63,974 nucleotides of DNA, filler included, from Cercozoa sp. M6MM (GCA_040357565.1; 12 parts of 12 records of this genome joined end to end with filler, not necessarily neighbours in it); one strand, 5' to 3'; positions 26,428 through 39,331 are shown, counted from the whole stretch's first letter. Notes: generated by a model not told the origin, from the letters alone. Program-made: numbers and translations.

Positions 26428-26720
26428 CGCCACGAAAAAGTGTGGACGACAAAAAAACTGGCCGTTCGCGGAGCCAGACTTTCAAACAGTGCCCTACGGC
26501 AAAATCGATGCCCGAAATGGCCTAAAAACGCAGTTGACTGCCCGTGAGAGAAAACAAGAGTTCGCTAGAAGACACTGTGACGTTCGAAAATCGAAAACGC
26601 GAAAAACGGTGGTTCATATGGACGGTACGTTGGACCATCAAATAATAAAAACTTGCATTGATCACGACCTTGTTAACATCTGTTTTGACCTGTGTAGACG
26701 TGGCTTCACTTTCTTAGAAG

Positions 26721-27950
26721 ATGCTAGGACCTACGAGAGCAGCGTTGAGACAGTTAAATACGCGACGCGCATTTTCACTCGCGCGCGGCGAGCAACGAGT
26801 GCCGCTCCAGGTGCGATCTGCGCGAACTGAGAGGAAGTGGCGCGATACGCAACTGTTTCTGTGTTTAGTGGGCAGTTGGAGACCAAGTGCGGGGCTTCCA
26901 AGTCGTCAGTGTCGATGAGGTGCCGGAGCAGCGCCTGCGCGTGTACCAGCTGCAGTGCCAGTCCACAGGTGTCATTACTCTGGTTTGCATATGTACGTAT
27001 CTTGGAATTAATAACTGTTCCTATATGTAGGTGCTCGACTGATGCATGTGGACGCAAGTGACACGAACAACTGCTTTGCCGTGTCGTTCCGCACACCGCC
27101 TTCGGACTCAACGGTACCTCCTCCCTCAGCCTAGTGATCACCTCTAACGCACTTATTTGCAGGGCGTTGCTCATATCCTGGAGCACACGGCGCTGTGTGG
27201 CTCCAAGAAGTACCCGGTTCGGTACTGTTGCCTGTGTGTCTGTATGTGTCGATATGTGTGATGTGTGTGTACAGAGACCCGTTCTTCAACATGCTGAAGC
27301 GCTCGCTGAACAGTTTCATGAACGCCTTCACTGCGCCGGACTGGACGGCGTACCCGTTCTCGTCTCAGAACGCGCAGGACTTTGACAACCTGCTGCAGGT
27401 GCAGTCTGCTACACGCACACATACACACGCACACACACACACGCACATTGTAACAGGTCTACCTGGACGCCGCCTTCTTCCCGTTGCTGGACGAGCGTGA
27501 CTTCCGCCAGGAGGGTCACCGCTTTGAGCTGCAGGACAGCGACAAGGGTACTTTTGACTCCTTGTCTGACCTCCCATGTTACCTTCTCCTCTTGCCATGA
27601 TCGTTCATAGTTGCGCTGACTGGCGTGGTGTACAATGAGATGAAGGGTGCCATGAGCGATGCCGGCAGCGTCTTCCTCAAGCACATTGGTGCCGCGCTCT
27701 TCTGCGACGACGCATCTCCTTATCGACACAATAGCGGCGGCGAGCCTCGGTGCCTTTGTCCCTCTCTGTTACCTTTAAGACGGTTTATCACCCGATGTTA
27801 ATTCTTTCTTTGCAGGGACATTCCTGATTTGACGTACGAACAGTTCCGGCAGTTCCACGCGCGTTGTTACCACCCCTCTAACGCGTGCTTCTTTACGTAC
27901 GGCGACTTGCCGCCTACGGCCCACCTTGAACGTATCCCTCTCCCTCCCTC

Positions 27951-28001
<51 letters not shown>

Positions 28002-28011
28002 NNNNNNNNNN

Positions 28012-28064
<53 letters not shown>

Positions 28065-29203
28065 CTGTGTGTCTGTGTGTCTGTGTGTCTGTGTGTCTGT
28101 GTCTGTGTCTGTGTCTGTGTCTGTGTCTGTGTCTGTATGTATCTCTGTGTCTCTGTCTGTCTGTCTTTATAGTGGATGTGTGTATCTAGGCCTCCGTGGT
28201 GTGCTGGATCAGTTCGATCGTATCGATCCGGGCACAGAGGTGACGCCGGTGCAGGCGCCGATGTCTGCGGAGGAGACGTCGGACTGGCCGCGTCGCGTCG
28301 AGGTCACTGGACCGCCTGATGCCTCGCAGGTACTTGTTCTCAGTGAGCACGTGTGTGTGCACCCTCGCGAACTGCCTTGGCTGCGAAGGGACCGCAAACG
28401 CGCGTTGGCACTTTCTTCGTATGCAACGACGTCGCACTCATGGACGACGACGGTGTCGTGGAACAGGCGGCGCTCTCACTTGCGTCCGACCTGCTGATGG
28501 AGGGTACGTTTGGACTCGACTGTCCAAGTGGACTGCACGATTGTATCATGCACCTGAAATATATACAGGTGCCGATGCGCCGTTCTACAACCGTCTCATT
28601 GTGTCGCAACTCGCATCAGACTACGCACCTGTACTTATCCACCTGTAGATTGGTAGGGTTTGGACTGTACAAATAAACCTCCACGTGGACAGGGCAATGG
28701 CTACAGTGGCTATGATCGTCAACCGACCTTTGGCGTTGCCGTACAGGGCGTCAAGGAGGACAACGTGGCCCAGGTCGAGCAGGTCATCCGCGACGTGCTG
28801 CAGCAACTCGACACGGACGACGACTTCGCCGAGCGCGTGTTCGCGCCGCACCGCGTCGACACGTCGCTGCACGAAGTGGTACCAAACGCACGTGTCTGTG
28901 GCAGAGATCACTCTGCAGTGAACACGTGACACCAACTGTGTGGTACCCCCCCCCCCCGTAGGAGTGTGCAATGAAGCACGTGCGCGCTGACTTCGGTCTG
29001 CGTGCCTTCCTGGGTTTGCCTTTGCTCTTGTTGAATAGCTCTAACCTTGTCTCTCAGTGTATCCTCTCTATTGCAACAGGTACGGTGAACTCGCGCACGC
29101 ACGGCAACGACCGCGCGGCCGTGACGACGCTGTCATCGGCGCAGCTGGTGGCACGTGTGCGACAGCGCCTGGCCGAGCAGCCGGATTACCTGCGCCAGTA
29201 CCA

Positions 29204-29286
<83 letters not shown>

Positions 29287-30668
29287 CCTCTCTCTCCCCC
29301 TCTCTCTCTCTCTCCCTCTCTCTCTCCCTCTCTCTCTCTCTCTCATGTGCCTCCGCGCGTATAGGCTGGTCCGCAAGTGGATGAAGAACAATGCACGACA
29401 TGTAACTGTTGTGCAACGGTACCCTGAGTCTAGTACAGTCTGTGCAGTATGCCTTACATGCCTTGCCTCCCCCAGTGCCGATCCCGAGTACCAGCAGCGA
29501 TCGGTGGTGACTCCTGAGGAGGCGCGCGTGCAGCAGATGCAGCAGTACGTCGATGCACACCCCGAGGAGAAACAACGACTGCGCGAACTGTCGCAGCAGC
29601 TGCAGGAGCATCAGGTATTTTATACATACACGCATGTGTGTTATGTATATCTATATACGTGTGTTATAATATATCTGTATGCACACACAGGAGTCGGAGC
29701 AGAACGTGGACATGTTGCCGACGGTGACACTGGCCGACATCCCGGCGGAAGGTGTGCCGGAACACGTGACCACTCAAGATGGAATCTGCGTGGCCAATGC
29801 ACCTACCAACGGTCTTGTTTACGCTCGTCTTGCGTTCGACCTGTCTGGTCTGCCTGAACACCTGCGCCAGGTATGTTGCTTGCCTTTATCCTGACCTGCC
29901 CTGCTCCTCCCTACCTCTCGCTGCAGTTGCTGCCGCTATTCGCCGAGGTGGCGGACAACATGGGCACGGAGACCAAGTCGTGGCAGCAGTTGCTGGACCA
30001 CAAGCGTCGCACGGTGCGTCACGCGAGTGCTGCCACCTCTCTGACGGCGTAACTTCACCTTTGCTTTTTTTCTCCCTGCTTGCTTCCTCTCGTTTTCCCT
30101 TCCTACTTTCCTCCCTTCCTCCCTTCCTCCCTTCCTCTGTTTGATGATGATGCGTGTGTCACCTGACTGCAGCAAGACCGACGGCGACATGCAGCACATC
30201 CTGTCCTTCTCAATGTCGGCTCTGACACGCAATGCACAGGATGGTATCACGCTTGTGCTCCTGCCCTACCACTGATTTCTGCAGTAATCTCGCATGTTGG
30301 CATGCAGGTGTCGAGCTGGTTCAGGAGTTGCTACTGCACGGCAAGTATGACGACGAAGAACGTTTGGCCATGCTCTTGCAGCAGAAGGTGCAGCGTGCCT
30401 CGGCTGCCCTCCAAGAGAGCGGTCACTCCTTTGCGACCACGCGCGCCATCTCGCACCTCCCGGTTGGTCCTCCTCTTGAGTGCTTTCAGTGTCCTCACAG
30501 TGTACCCAATGTGTCTCCATGCACAGGGCCAGCATGCAACTTTGCGTGCCCTCACCGAGGAACAGAGCGGCCTGTCGCAGGTGCAGTTCCTCAACGAAAC
30601 CGTCCACGCTGACCATGCGTACTGCCTCACCTTGACAGTTGTGTGTGTGTATGTGTGTGTTGTGTGTG

Positions 30669-30715
<47 letters not shown>

Positions 30716-32257
30716 GTGTGTTGTGTTATGTACACGTGTGCCACAGCAAACTGGCCGCCGATCTGGCCGAAATCGCGCGCTACCTGCGCGAGCAGACACC
30801 TCGCATTATGGCTGTTGGTACCGCTTGCTCCCATCTTGGTGCAGGTCTCACCATGATCAATGTGCAGGTGACGACGAGGCACTCGCGGCGACGCTCCCTG
30901 CTTTGCGCACTCTCGTAGGCTCTCTACCTTGGGCTTTCCCGGTGGCGTATTCTGGTCAGTGTGTACATACGAATCATTGGCATATGAACAGGGCGCGCTC
31001 TTTGGCACTGAACCAGTGCACACAGCAGGCACACCTAGCGACGACTCTGACCGATTCAACCGGTATTATATATCTTGTTTCGGGGAAGGGGGAGTGTAAC
31101 TTGTGTGTACACAGTGAGTTCTTCACACTGCCGTCGAGTGCCGTGAATTATGTGGCTGCCGCTGTGCCGGTAGACTGTGTTCGAATGGCATGCCAGTCGA
31201 GTGGGCTATTATTACTTTCCCTTGCAGGTCCCGGGTGTCACATCGACCTACTGCGACCATCCTGACGTCGCTGCACTGGAGGGTGTGTTTGCTGTACGTC
31301 CCTCTTCATTTCTTCATCGTGTGTTTGTGTCTCCCTGGACAGTGCTCAGCAAACTCATGTCGCGCAACGTGCTGCACCGAGAGTTGCGGGAGAAGGGCGG
31401 CGCCTATGGCGGTAGATCTCTCCTTCTGCGTGTGTACCTGTGTGTGCATGCAATATAAAATCACAGGTGGCATGCGTCTGTCGCACAGTGCGAGTGGTGG
31501 TGCACTCGGCTTCTTCTCGTTCCGCGACCCGCTCTGCCTGGAATCGCTCGCGCGCTACCGCATTGTATTGCTCTCGCTCGGTCTGTATGCTAACTGAGGC
31601 CTCATGGTTTGCTTTACAGGGAGCTGAGTGGGCGGCCACCGGCGACTACGAGGTGCGCGACGTACAAGAAGCTCAGCTGATGGTGTTCCAGGTAAACTCA
31701 GCTAGCTGACCCCTCCAGTTGACTTAATGTCTATGTTGTTATAACGTAGGATGTGGACGCTCCGATGGCGCCGTCGCAACATGTAAACCTGCTTCTTGAC
31801 ACAAAGTCTTTTCGGACGAACATTATCTCGCGTAGGGCGTGCAAGAGTTCCTGCACGGAACGACGGATGCCATGCGCAACCGTCGTCGTGAGAGGCTGCT
31901 GCAGGTACCCCCCCCGCATGCACTCCTGTATGGCCGCGATGTTTTTCTGCTGCTGGCAGGTCAACAAGGATGATGTGCAGCGAGTGGCGCAGCGCTACCT
32001 GTCGCCTCTCCTGGATGTGCAGCTTCCTTCCAGCGACGATCTGCGCGAGCGCGGTGCTGCTGTCTTCGAGCAGGTGTGTCTGCTCTCCCTGTGTGTATTT
32101 TGAAGGTAACGTTGCTGTGTGTATGTGTGTGTGTTGTGTGCAGACTAAGGAAACGATGCCAGTGGTGGTGCTTGGTGCGGCAGAGACGCTGCAGGCACTG
32201 GACAACAAGTCCGACGACTGGCATGTGACCTCGCTGGGCGCTTCTGATCTCGAGTGA
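26721..32257 (+). CDS. PITRM1: Presequence protease (peptidase M16C, PreP/Cym1), about 33 exons
   Basis: Arg-rich mitochondrial-type leader; [31 protein letters not shown] (HXXEH), [36 protein letters not shown]; fully spliceable to TGA at 32257. Confidence 0.96.
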
Positions 32258-32441
32258 TCACTTTAAGTTTCGCAGACAAAAATGTTTGTTTTACTGGTCA
32301 CAGTCGCGAGTTACTAGTACTTCTTTAGCACGACTTTTTCGAAAATTCATTTGCTGGGTGGCCGGGATCGTTCCGGGAATCTTGCTGTACTCGGCACAAA
32401 ATTGGTGTTTCGGCCTAAATTTAGTATAGCTACACATTTCA

Positions 32442-33051
32442 ATGGGTGCCGACACAATGCCAGGCATAGTGAAACGCGTTGAGAGCGTACTTTTTGAGGA
32501 ACGTGGCCCAGGGCGACCAGCAGATGTCGCTGTTGCGTTGATGTCGGTAAAAGGTGCTACAGTGCGACCGATTCAGTTACCACAGATTGCGTTAAAAGGT
32601 GCTACATTCTGCCGCGGATGTGCAAGTGACCAGCAAGGAACTGGTCTTAATCTTGGCTGCCCTGAGGTACCGTATTCACGTTGTGTACGTGTCGATACTG
32701 ATGGATGTGGACAGGAGATGGCTCGACAAGAACACGAGCGACCCAGTTCGCACCATAGCGCTCCAGCTCCTCGCTGCTGCACTGACCGAAGGCTCGATCA
32801 ACTGTGGCAGCAGCGTGCGTGCGGATGAGCTGGTGACAAGGCTGATGGGTGCCTTCCGCGCGGACCTGGATGATTGCACTCGCGTTCTGACGGCGCTGAT
32901 GTGCAATCACGGCACGCAGGAGGTGCACTTGCTCCTGCCGGTGGCCGTTCAGTTGCTTCGTTATGGTAAGCGTTCTATTCCACTCTGTGTGTGTCGTGTC
33001 TGTGTCTGTGTCTGTGTGTGTCTGTGTCTGTGTCTGTGGCTGTGTGCGTCT

Positions 33052-33103
<52 letters not shown>

Positions 33104-33113
33104 NNNNNNNNNN

Positions 33114-33162
<49 letters not shown>

Positions 33163-34696
33163 TTTGTTTGTGTGTGTCTGTGTCTGTGTGTTTGTGTGTC
33201 TGTGTGTCTGTGTGTCTATGTCTGTGTAAATGTGTAAATGTGTAAATGTGTGCGTGTCTGTGTCTGTGTGTGTATGTTGTATGTGTGTACATTGCGGAAT
33301 AGGTGCGTCGGGAGATGGAGTGATGAAGCACCTGCAAGATGTGCAACGAGAGGTATTGATGCTGCGTCATTGTACCAATGTTTTGTGACAAAAGAAACTG
33401 AAGGATTGTTGTCCCTTGCGTTCAGAGATGTAGTGCCACCGCAGAGGCTCGTTTCACGATGGCTACGCGTCTGTTTGTGATGCGGCAGGCGCAGAAAATG
33501 ATCGAACTGAGTGCTCCTGTCATGGTACCTTCCGTGTACCAATCTTGCAGTACACGTACCACTGTGGAGCAGGCCCATCGCGTGATCGAAGCCATGGAAG
33601 ATGCGAATGCGCCGAGCTGGATGCTGCTGCCTGAGGTATGAGTGAGATCAGGCAGTACTGTGGAGGCGCATGTTACGGAGCTTCCTTCACACAGATCGCA
33701 GCGATCGTGACTACATTTGTCCTGGGCGACTACGACGAGGCAGTGCTGCGGCGCGCGCTGATGCACGACCGGCAGGAAACGCAGCTGCTGCCGTTCGTTG
33801 CCACGGTGCGGCACCGTTCAGCTGTTGCCTCACTGTCTTTTTGTATCTGTGTATGTGTGCATCTGCAGATGTACATCAGTCCACACAACGACGTCGACGA
33901 TCTGTTCGCGGAACCGAACGTGCGCTTCTGCCTGTACAGTGTTGTCGTTTTGCACACTCTTGTTGTGCCACGTGTGCATGCCTTTCGGCCTTGTAGTGAC
34001 AAGCTGCGGGATGAGGCGGCCATCTGGCGCGTAGTTGTGCACACGCGCAGTTGCTGGCAGCGTCGCGTATTTCGTGATGTAACATGCAGTTGTACACGTT
34101 TATCAGTACTTTGGTGTGTGTGTCTGTGTGTCTGTGTGTCTGTGTGTCTGTGTGTCTGCGTGTCTGTGTGTCTGTGTGTCTGTGTGTCTGTGTGTCTATG
34201 TTATGTGCAAAGTCTACGACGTTCCGAGTGACACTGATGGCGAGCGCTGCTGACCCAGCCGCGGGAGCTGTTCTGATCGTAGTCATTTTCTTTCCTTGTA
34301 CTTATTGTGTCCACTTAACCTGTCGTTTACAGTTGAGGATAATGTCGGCACTCGTGTTCGGTAGTTCCCTCTCGACCTGCAGACTCGGTATTCTTGTACT
34401 CTCTCATCTGACCTGACCAGATTTCTGTACTTTTGGCACAAACAAACACCTTGGTGTGTGGCTTTTTAGCCGACGATTCCAATGTGATCAAACGACCCGA
34501 GTACCGAATCGTGAAGAAACGAGGTAGCACAGTGCTTGTAGATTTATTGTTTAGATGACGCGCATGTCTCTGCAATCCTTGCTGCGTGCCGACAGGCGTG
34601 TCGTACTGCTCCCTCGACAGCGACCGCTGCGTGGATGAAGAAGGCAATGAGATTTGGGTCTCGACCGGACACCGGCCGCCCAATCAGTCGCAGTGA
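32442..34696 (+). CDS. Hypothetical multi-exon helical protein
   Basis: Exons join via GT-AG from MGADTMPGIVKRV to ...EIWVSTGHRPPNQSQ*; no family recognised. Confidence 0.55.
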
Positions 34697-37600
34697 CAGC
34701 CTGAGCCGAGCGTCCGGTTAGATCGCGTCGGGCATAGTACTGGTGATTCCGATCGAAAGTACCAGCACGTGCGGTAGAGTGAAGCGGCCGCAGGTAACGT
34801 AAAGTATCGGGAGTTTTTTGGTGACCTAATTGGACCCACTAAAGATACTCAGACGTGTGCACACACTACAAGGAAGCGCTAGAGCAGCCGAGTAGATCGA
34901 TAAGCAGCACGCACCGACCTGACGCGCAAGAAGCCGAAAGACGCCAGACAACCTCAGGTATACTCTAGTGGCATACCTGGGAAACATGGCACGCGCTGGG
35001 CTCCTAAGGGCTCGCGTGTCATGGAAGACTTTTTGTTTGTGCTTGTTTGTGTGTTTTTCGGCTTCCCAACTTGTCATCAGATCATTGGCCTCACAGCCAC
35101 CTCTGGCCTCACCGCCACCACTGGTTTCACCACCAACTCTGGCTTCACCGCCACCACTGGTTTCATCGTTAATTATCATTGCTTTACGGCAAGGGCCAGT
35201 GCCAACGGGCTTAGCGCCTCTTTCAACCATGCTCGCTTCAAAGCCAGCAAAGGCGCAACACCCAACCCCGGCCCCAGTCTGATCAATGCCACTTTGCGTG
35301 AACTCTGTTTGATACGCCCAACTAGGAGCTTCTGCGACCAAGCGGCGCGGAGATTCCGCCAACGACCCACCGAGATCACAGTAACAATGACACAATCTAA
35401 ACAACACCTTGATGAGCAACTAACGTCGCTTGCACCCACTAAAAACCAACGAATCTTTACACCCCAGACGAGAACCCTATGGACCAAACCCGCCAACTAG
35501 GCACAACCTCCAAAACCACTACCGAAAATACACCCCAAGTGATGGTTAGAATAGGAGAAAAACGAAACAGAGCCTTGGCTGATATACAAGGACAGAGAGC
35601 GTAAACAACCGCAATAAAAGAACAAGACACGCAGAAAATATCAGAGAAGAGAGAGACCACCCAAACGACGAGATCGAGATACCAGGTATGAGAGAGATTG
35701 GAATAGAAACCTATGAGAGTGATGACAACAATGACAACGATCGTCACATTGATGAGATAGTTATACCCGACATGAGAGAAATAGGCCTAGAAGCATACAT
35801 GATAGAACAAGAGGAAATCCTGGAACCTGAGACAGGACAGAAAAGAATAAAAGAACTGTACGAACGCGCAGACAAACGAGTTAAGCACAGTGCACCGCAA
35901 AACGCACACTCAACGGGGCAACGATACAGCAGGCCTTCAGGCGGGCAAAGATCGGGGCCCTACAGAACCACGCTGAAAGAAGTACGAAACTACGCATCCT
36001 ACACCAAAACGTGAACACCTTCAACAAGGAAAAACAACAGGAAATATTGAGCAGCATATACTGCCTGCAACCCGAAGAAAGGCCGGACATCGTATGCTTA
36101 AGCGAAACCAGACACAACAACCCACCGCAAAGACTAAACGAATACGCACTGGTCGCCTCCATCGCGCCAAAACTATCCAAAGAAGACAACAAGACACTCC
36201 GAGAAGGCACACTGATATACAGCAAACACAAAGCACTGCTACACATTGTTGGTGCCTGGAACCCAGAAACATCCTCGTACATCCACCTAAGAGTGGGACA
36301 ACATAAGAGAACGAGATTCCATCTATGGTACGCTTACATCCACCCAACCGACAGAAACTGCAAGGAACAAATGCAGCAACTGACAACTGACTTCAAGGAA
36401 TTCCACAGCAGAACACAGGAGCCTGGTCTCATTCTTGGCGACCTCAATGCAAAACACGCCAAGTGGTGTGCACATACCAGAGATCAAGCTGGATACTCCC
36501 AGGAACACGTAGACAACGGTACAACGAGAACCACATCAGCGCGGGCGAACAAGCAAGGCATTGCCCTACAAGAAGCAATAGCTGAAAATGACTGGGAGAT
36601 ACTCAACAAGTACACTCCAACCCACAGCTACAGAGTCCGAGGAGAGGCAGAGGCCAAGCCCAGAACAACGATAGACCTCGCGATAGCTGACAGTGTCATC
36701 TCAGCACAATCTACAATATCGGTCTACGATCACCTGCACTTCCTATACAGCGACCACCACGCTGTTATGGTCACAGTAGAACGAGCAGTGCGTAAACCAA
36801 AACACACCATACAAAGAAAGAACTACAAGAAGATAGATCTCCAAAAATACAAAGAACATGAATCGATTCGACTGCTATCACAAGAGAGAGATGTGGACAA
36901 CATCGAGCAAATCAATGACACAGTCGAAGACATCACCAAAGCCATGCAGGAAGCCATAGAAGAGGCAACACCAACCAAAATAATCACCCAACACTCATGC
37001 CTAGGCATATCGGTCGACTCGATAAAAATCAAGAGGAACACATATAGCACCATGAAACTCATTAAGGAACTGAAAAACAAAAATGAAGATGCGTCTGAAC
37101 TCGAAGCACTCCTCAAAAACATGAGAAAACAACTCAGACAAAGCCTTCGCATTGATAGACAAGCACTATGGCAGGAGAGAGTGGCCAGACTAAACGCACA
37201 CACAACAATCGGGGAGACCACTCGACTACTGAGAAACATCAATGACAGAGAAACAAATGGCGCTACCAGAGCCTCAACAATTGAGGGTGCCTCAGAAGAC
37301 AAAGCCATCGCAGAGATCTTCGCAGAACACTTACAAAAGAAAACCACACTAGACTGGTCCCAATTCGCAATGTACAATGAAGTACTCGGAGAGAACAGAT
37401 TTGCACAACAACACCAAGAGGTGTTACAACAAGCAGCACAACTGCAACAAGCACCAAAACTATGGACGATGGACGAACTGGAAGCTGCAATCAACACTCT
37501 TCCGCCATTCAAGGCACCTGGCAGAGACAAAATCATGAACCACCACATCATACACCTACCAGATGAGACCAAACAACTGCTACTGAAGGTCTACAATGCC

Positions 37601-39331
37601 TGTCTCACACATGGGTACTTCCCGAAGGCATGGAAACATGCAACTATAGTGATGCTACCCAAGCCTGGCAAGGACTGTACAAAGGCAGCTTCCTACCGAC
37701 CCATCTCGCTGCTGCCGTGCCTCGGCAAGCTAAGTTTACTGGACAAACTCATGAACGAGAGAGCATCCCAACAAATGAACACACAGTATGTATCCAAGTA
37801 CCAATCTGGGTGGAAACAACACATGTCAACGCTAGACACACTGGCTTACATACAACAGCAGGCAGAAATGGCAAAGAAAGCAGGAGAATACATGACAGTC
37901 ATTAGTCTAGACATCAAAGGCTTCTTCGACAAGCTCCACAAAGAGGGCGCAATCATTGCCCTGTCCAAACATGTGAATGGCAACGAACTGCTACTCATGG
38001 AGTCCTTCCTCTCAGACAGAACTATCTCGGTGAGAAGAAACGACACAGAATCAACAGACAAACAAGTCAACGGCAGTACTCCCCAAGGAGCCATCTGCAG
38101 CCCTCTACTCGCAAAGACCTTCCTCGATGACATGCACATACAACTGCAAAGAACAGGAGAACACATGAAACGACACCCCCGAAACTATAAAATTAAAGGA
38201 GCAGTAACCACTGCACACAGTGTCGGATACGCCGATGACTCATACGTCATAGTAAGGACAACAAAGAGATCAGACATGCAGGAAGCTTGTAAGTGCCTCT
38301 TGGACACAGCCACCACCTGGGCAAAACGCAACGGCATGGAATTTGCACCCACAAAGACTCAGTTCATCCAACTGGGAACGAAGACAATCAGAGACCTCAA
38401 AATCAGAATGAAAACACTGTCCCACGACAACGAGAGAGAAGACATCGAGCAAGTAGACAAAATGAGAATCTTAGGTCTCCTCATAGACAGAAACCTGTCG
38501 TACGAGGCACACGCAGAGCAACTACACCACAAAATCACTCGGAGGATCAACACACTGAAAAGACTGATATACACAAGGTCCGGACTCACACAATACCTAG
38601 CGGTACAGATCTACAAAGCATGGATACTGTCATGCGCCCGATACGGCATCGCGCTCTGGTGGCACAAAATTGGCAGCACAAAATGGAGGAGAAAACTCGA
38701 AATAACACAACGCACCGCCCTGAGGATCTGCATGAGACTACCCACGAGCTCTCCCAACGAGGCAGTGTACACCATCACCGACACAGGAACAATCGGAGAG
38801 ATGGCAGAACGAGCAGAAGCGACAGAACTAATCAATCACTACGCTAAAGAGAGCACACTGTGTCTACAAACTGACACCACACCAATTTCCGCTTGGAGAA
38901 GAGCAGCCACAAACCGCAAGATCACCGACGCTGAACTGAGCGAAATACCACAAAGAAGGAGAAAGATTATCGGAAGGATCATCAAGACAGTGAACAGACC
39001 CAGAGAACACGAGACATGGTCAATACGGAAAATGGATGCTGAACACCACAAGCACAAGTGGCTTCAACTGATACGTGACCTCTCAAACAGAGCAGAGATA
39101 CAACAAGTGTACGCAACTGACGGCAGCCTTGCCGGAAGCGAAGCAGGCTACGGCTGGATATCAGGAAAACAAGTCAATGGAAGACTAAGATCTGGCAATG
39201 GCAAAGTCACCAACGCGACTATCTATGATGCAGAAAGAGTTGCCATAATGCAATGCATCAAACACGCTAAAGAAAAAGGAGAAACCCGTATCGCACTCCT
39301 GATTGACAACAAAGGAACAATCTTGCACCTG
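34697..39331 (+). mobile_element. Non-LTR retrotransposon (LINE) with APE, RT and RNase H (I-group/Ingi-like architecture); 3' end lost at linker
   Basis: Intronless, A-rich coding strand unlike host genes; 5' boundary inferred from the end of the preceding gene. Confidence 0.9.
35885..39331 (+). CDS. LINE ORF: APE endonuclease, reverse transcriptase, RNase H (truncated)
   Basis: LRILHQNVN, LSET, GDLNA, TIDL, SDH (APE); KAPGRD, PKPGKD, SYRPISLL, LDIKGFFD, PQGAICSP, YADD, LGL (RT); YATDGS, AERVAI, IDN (RNase H). Confidence 0.95.

Noticed and set aside
34768-34925. Group II intron remnants (GTGCG start, AGCCG...GCACG)
   Set aside because: A domain V stem cannot be paired, and the adjacent RT is clearly LINE-type with APE.
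34690-34970. RNase P/MRP RNA (GCCTGAG...CTCAGGTATACTCT resembles the P4 helix)
   Set aside because: No GGAA CR-I motif, and the region needed for P1-P3 is coding sequence of the upstream gene.
34985-35030. HDV-like ribozyme (7-bp stem with G-U, loop starting TCC)
   Set aside because: No room for P2 and no GG directly after P1; it reads as a simple hairpin.
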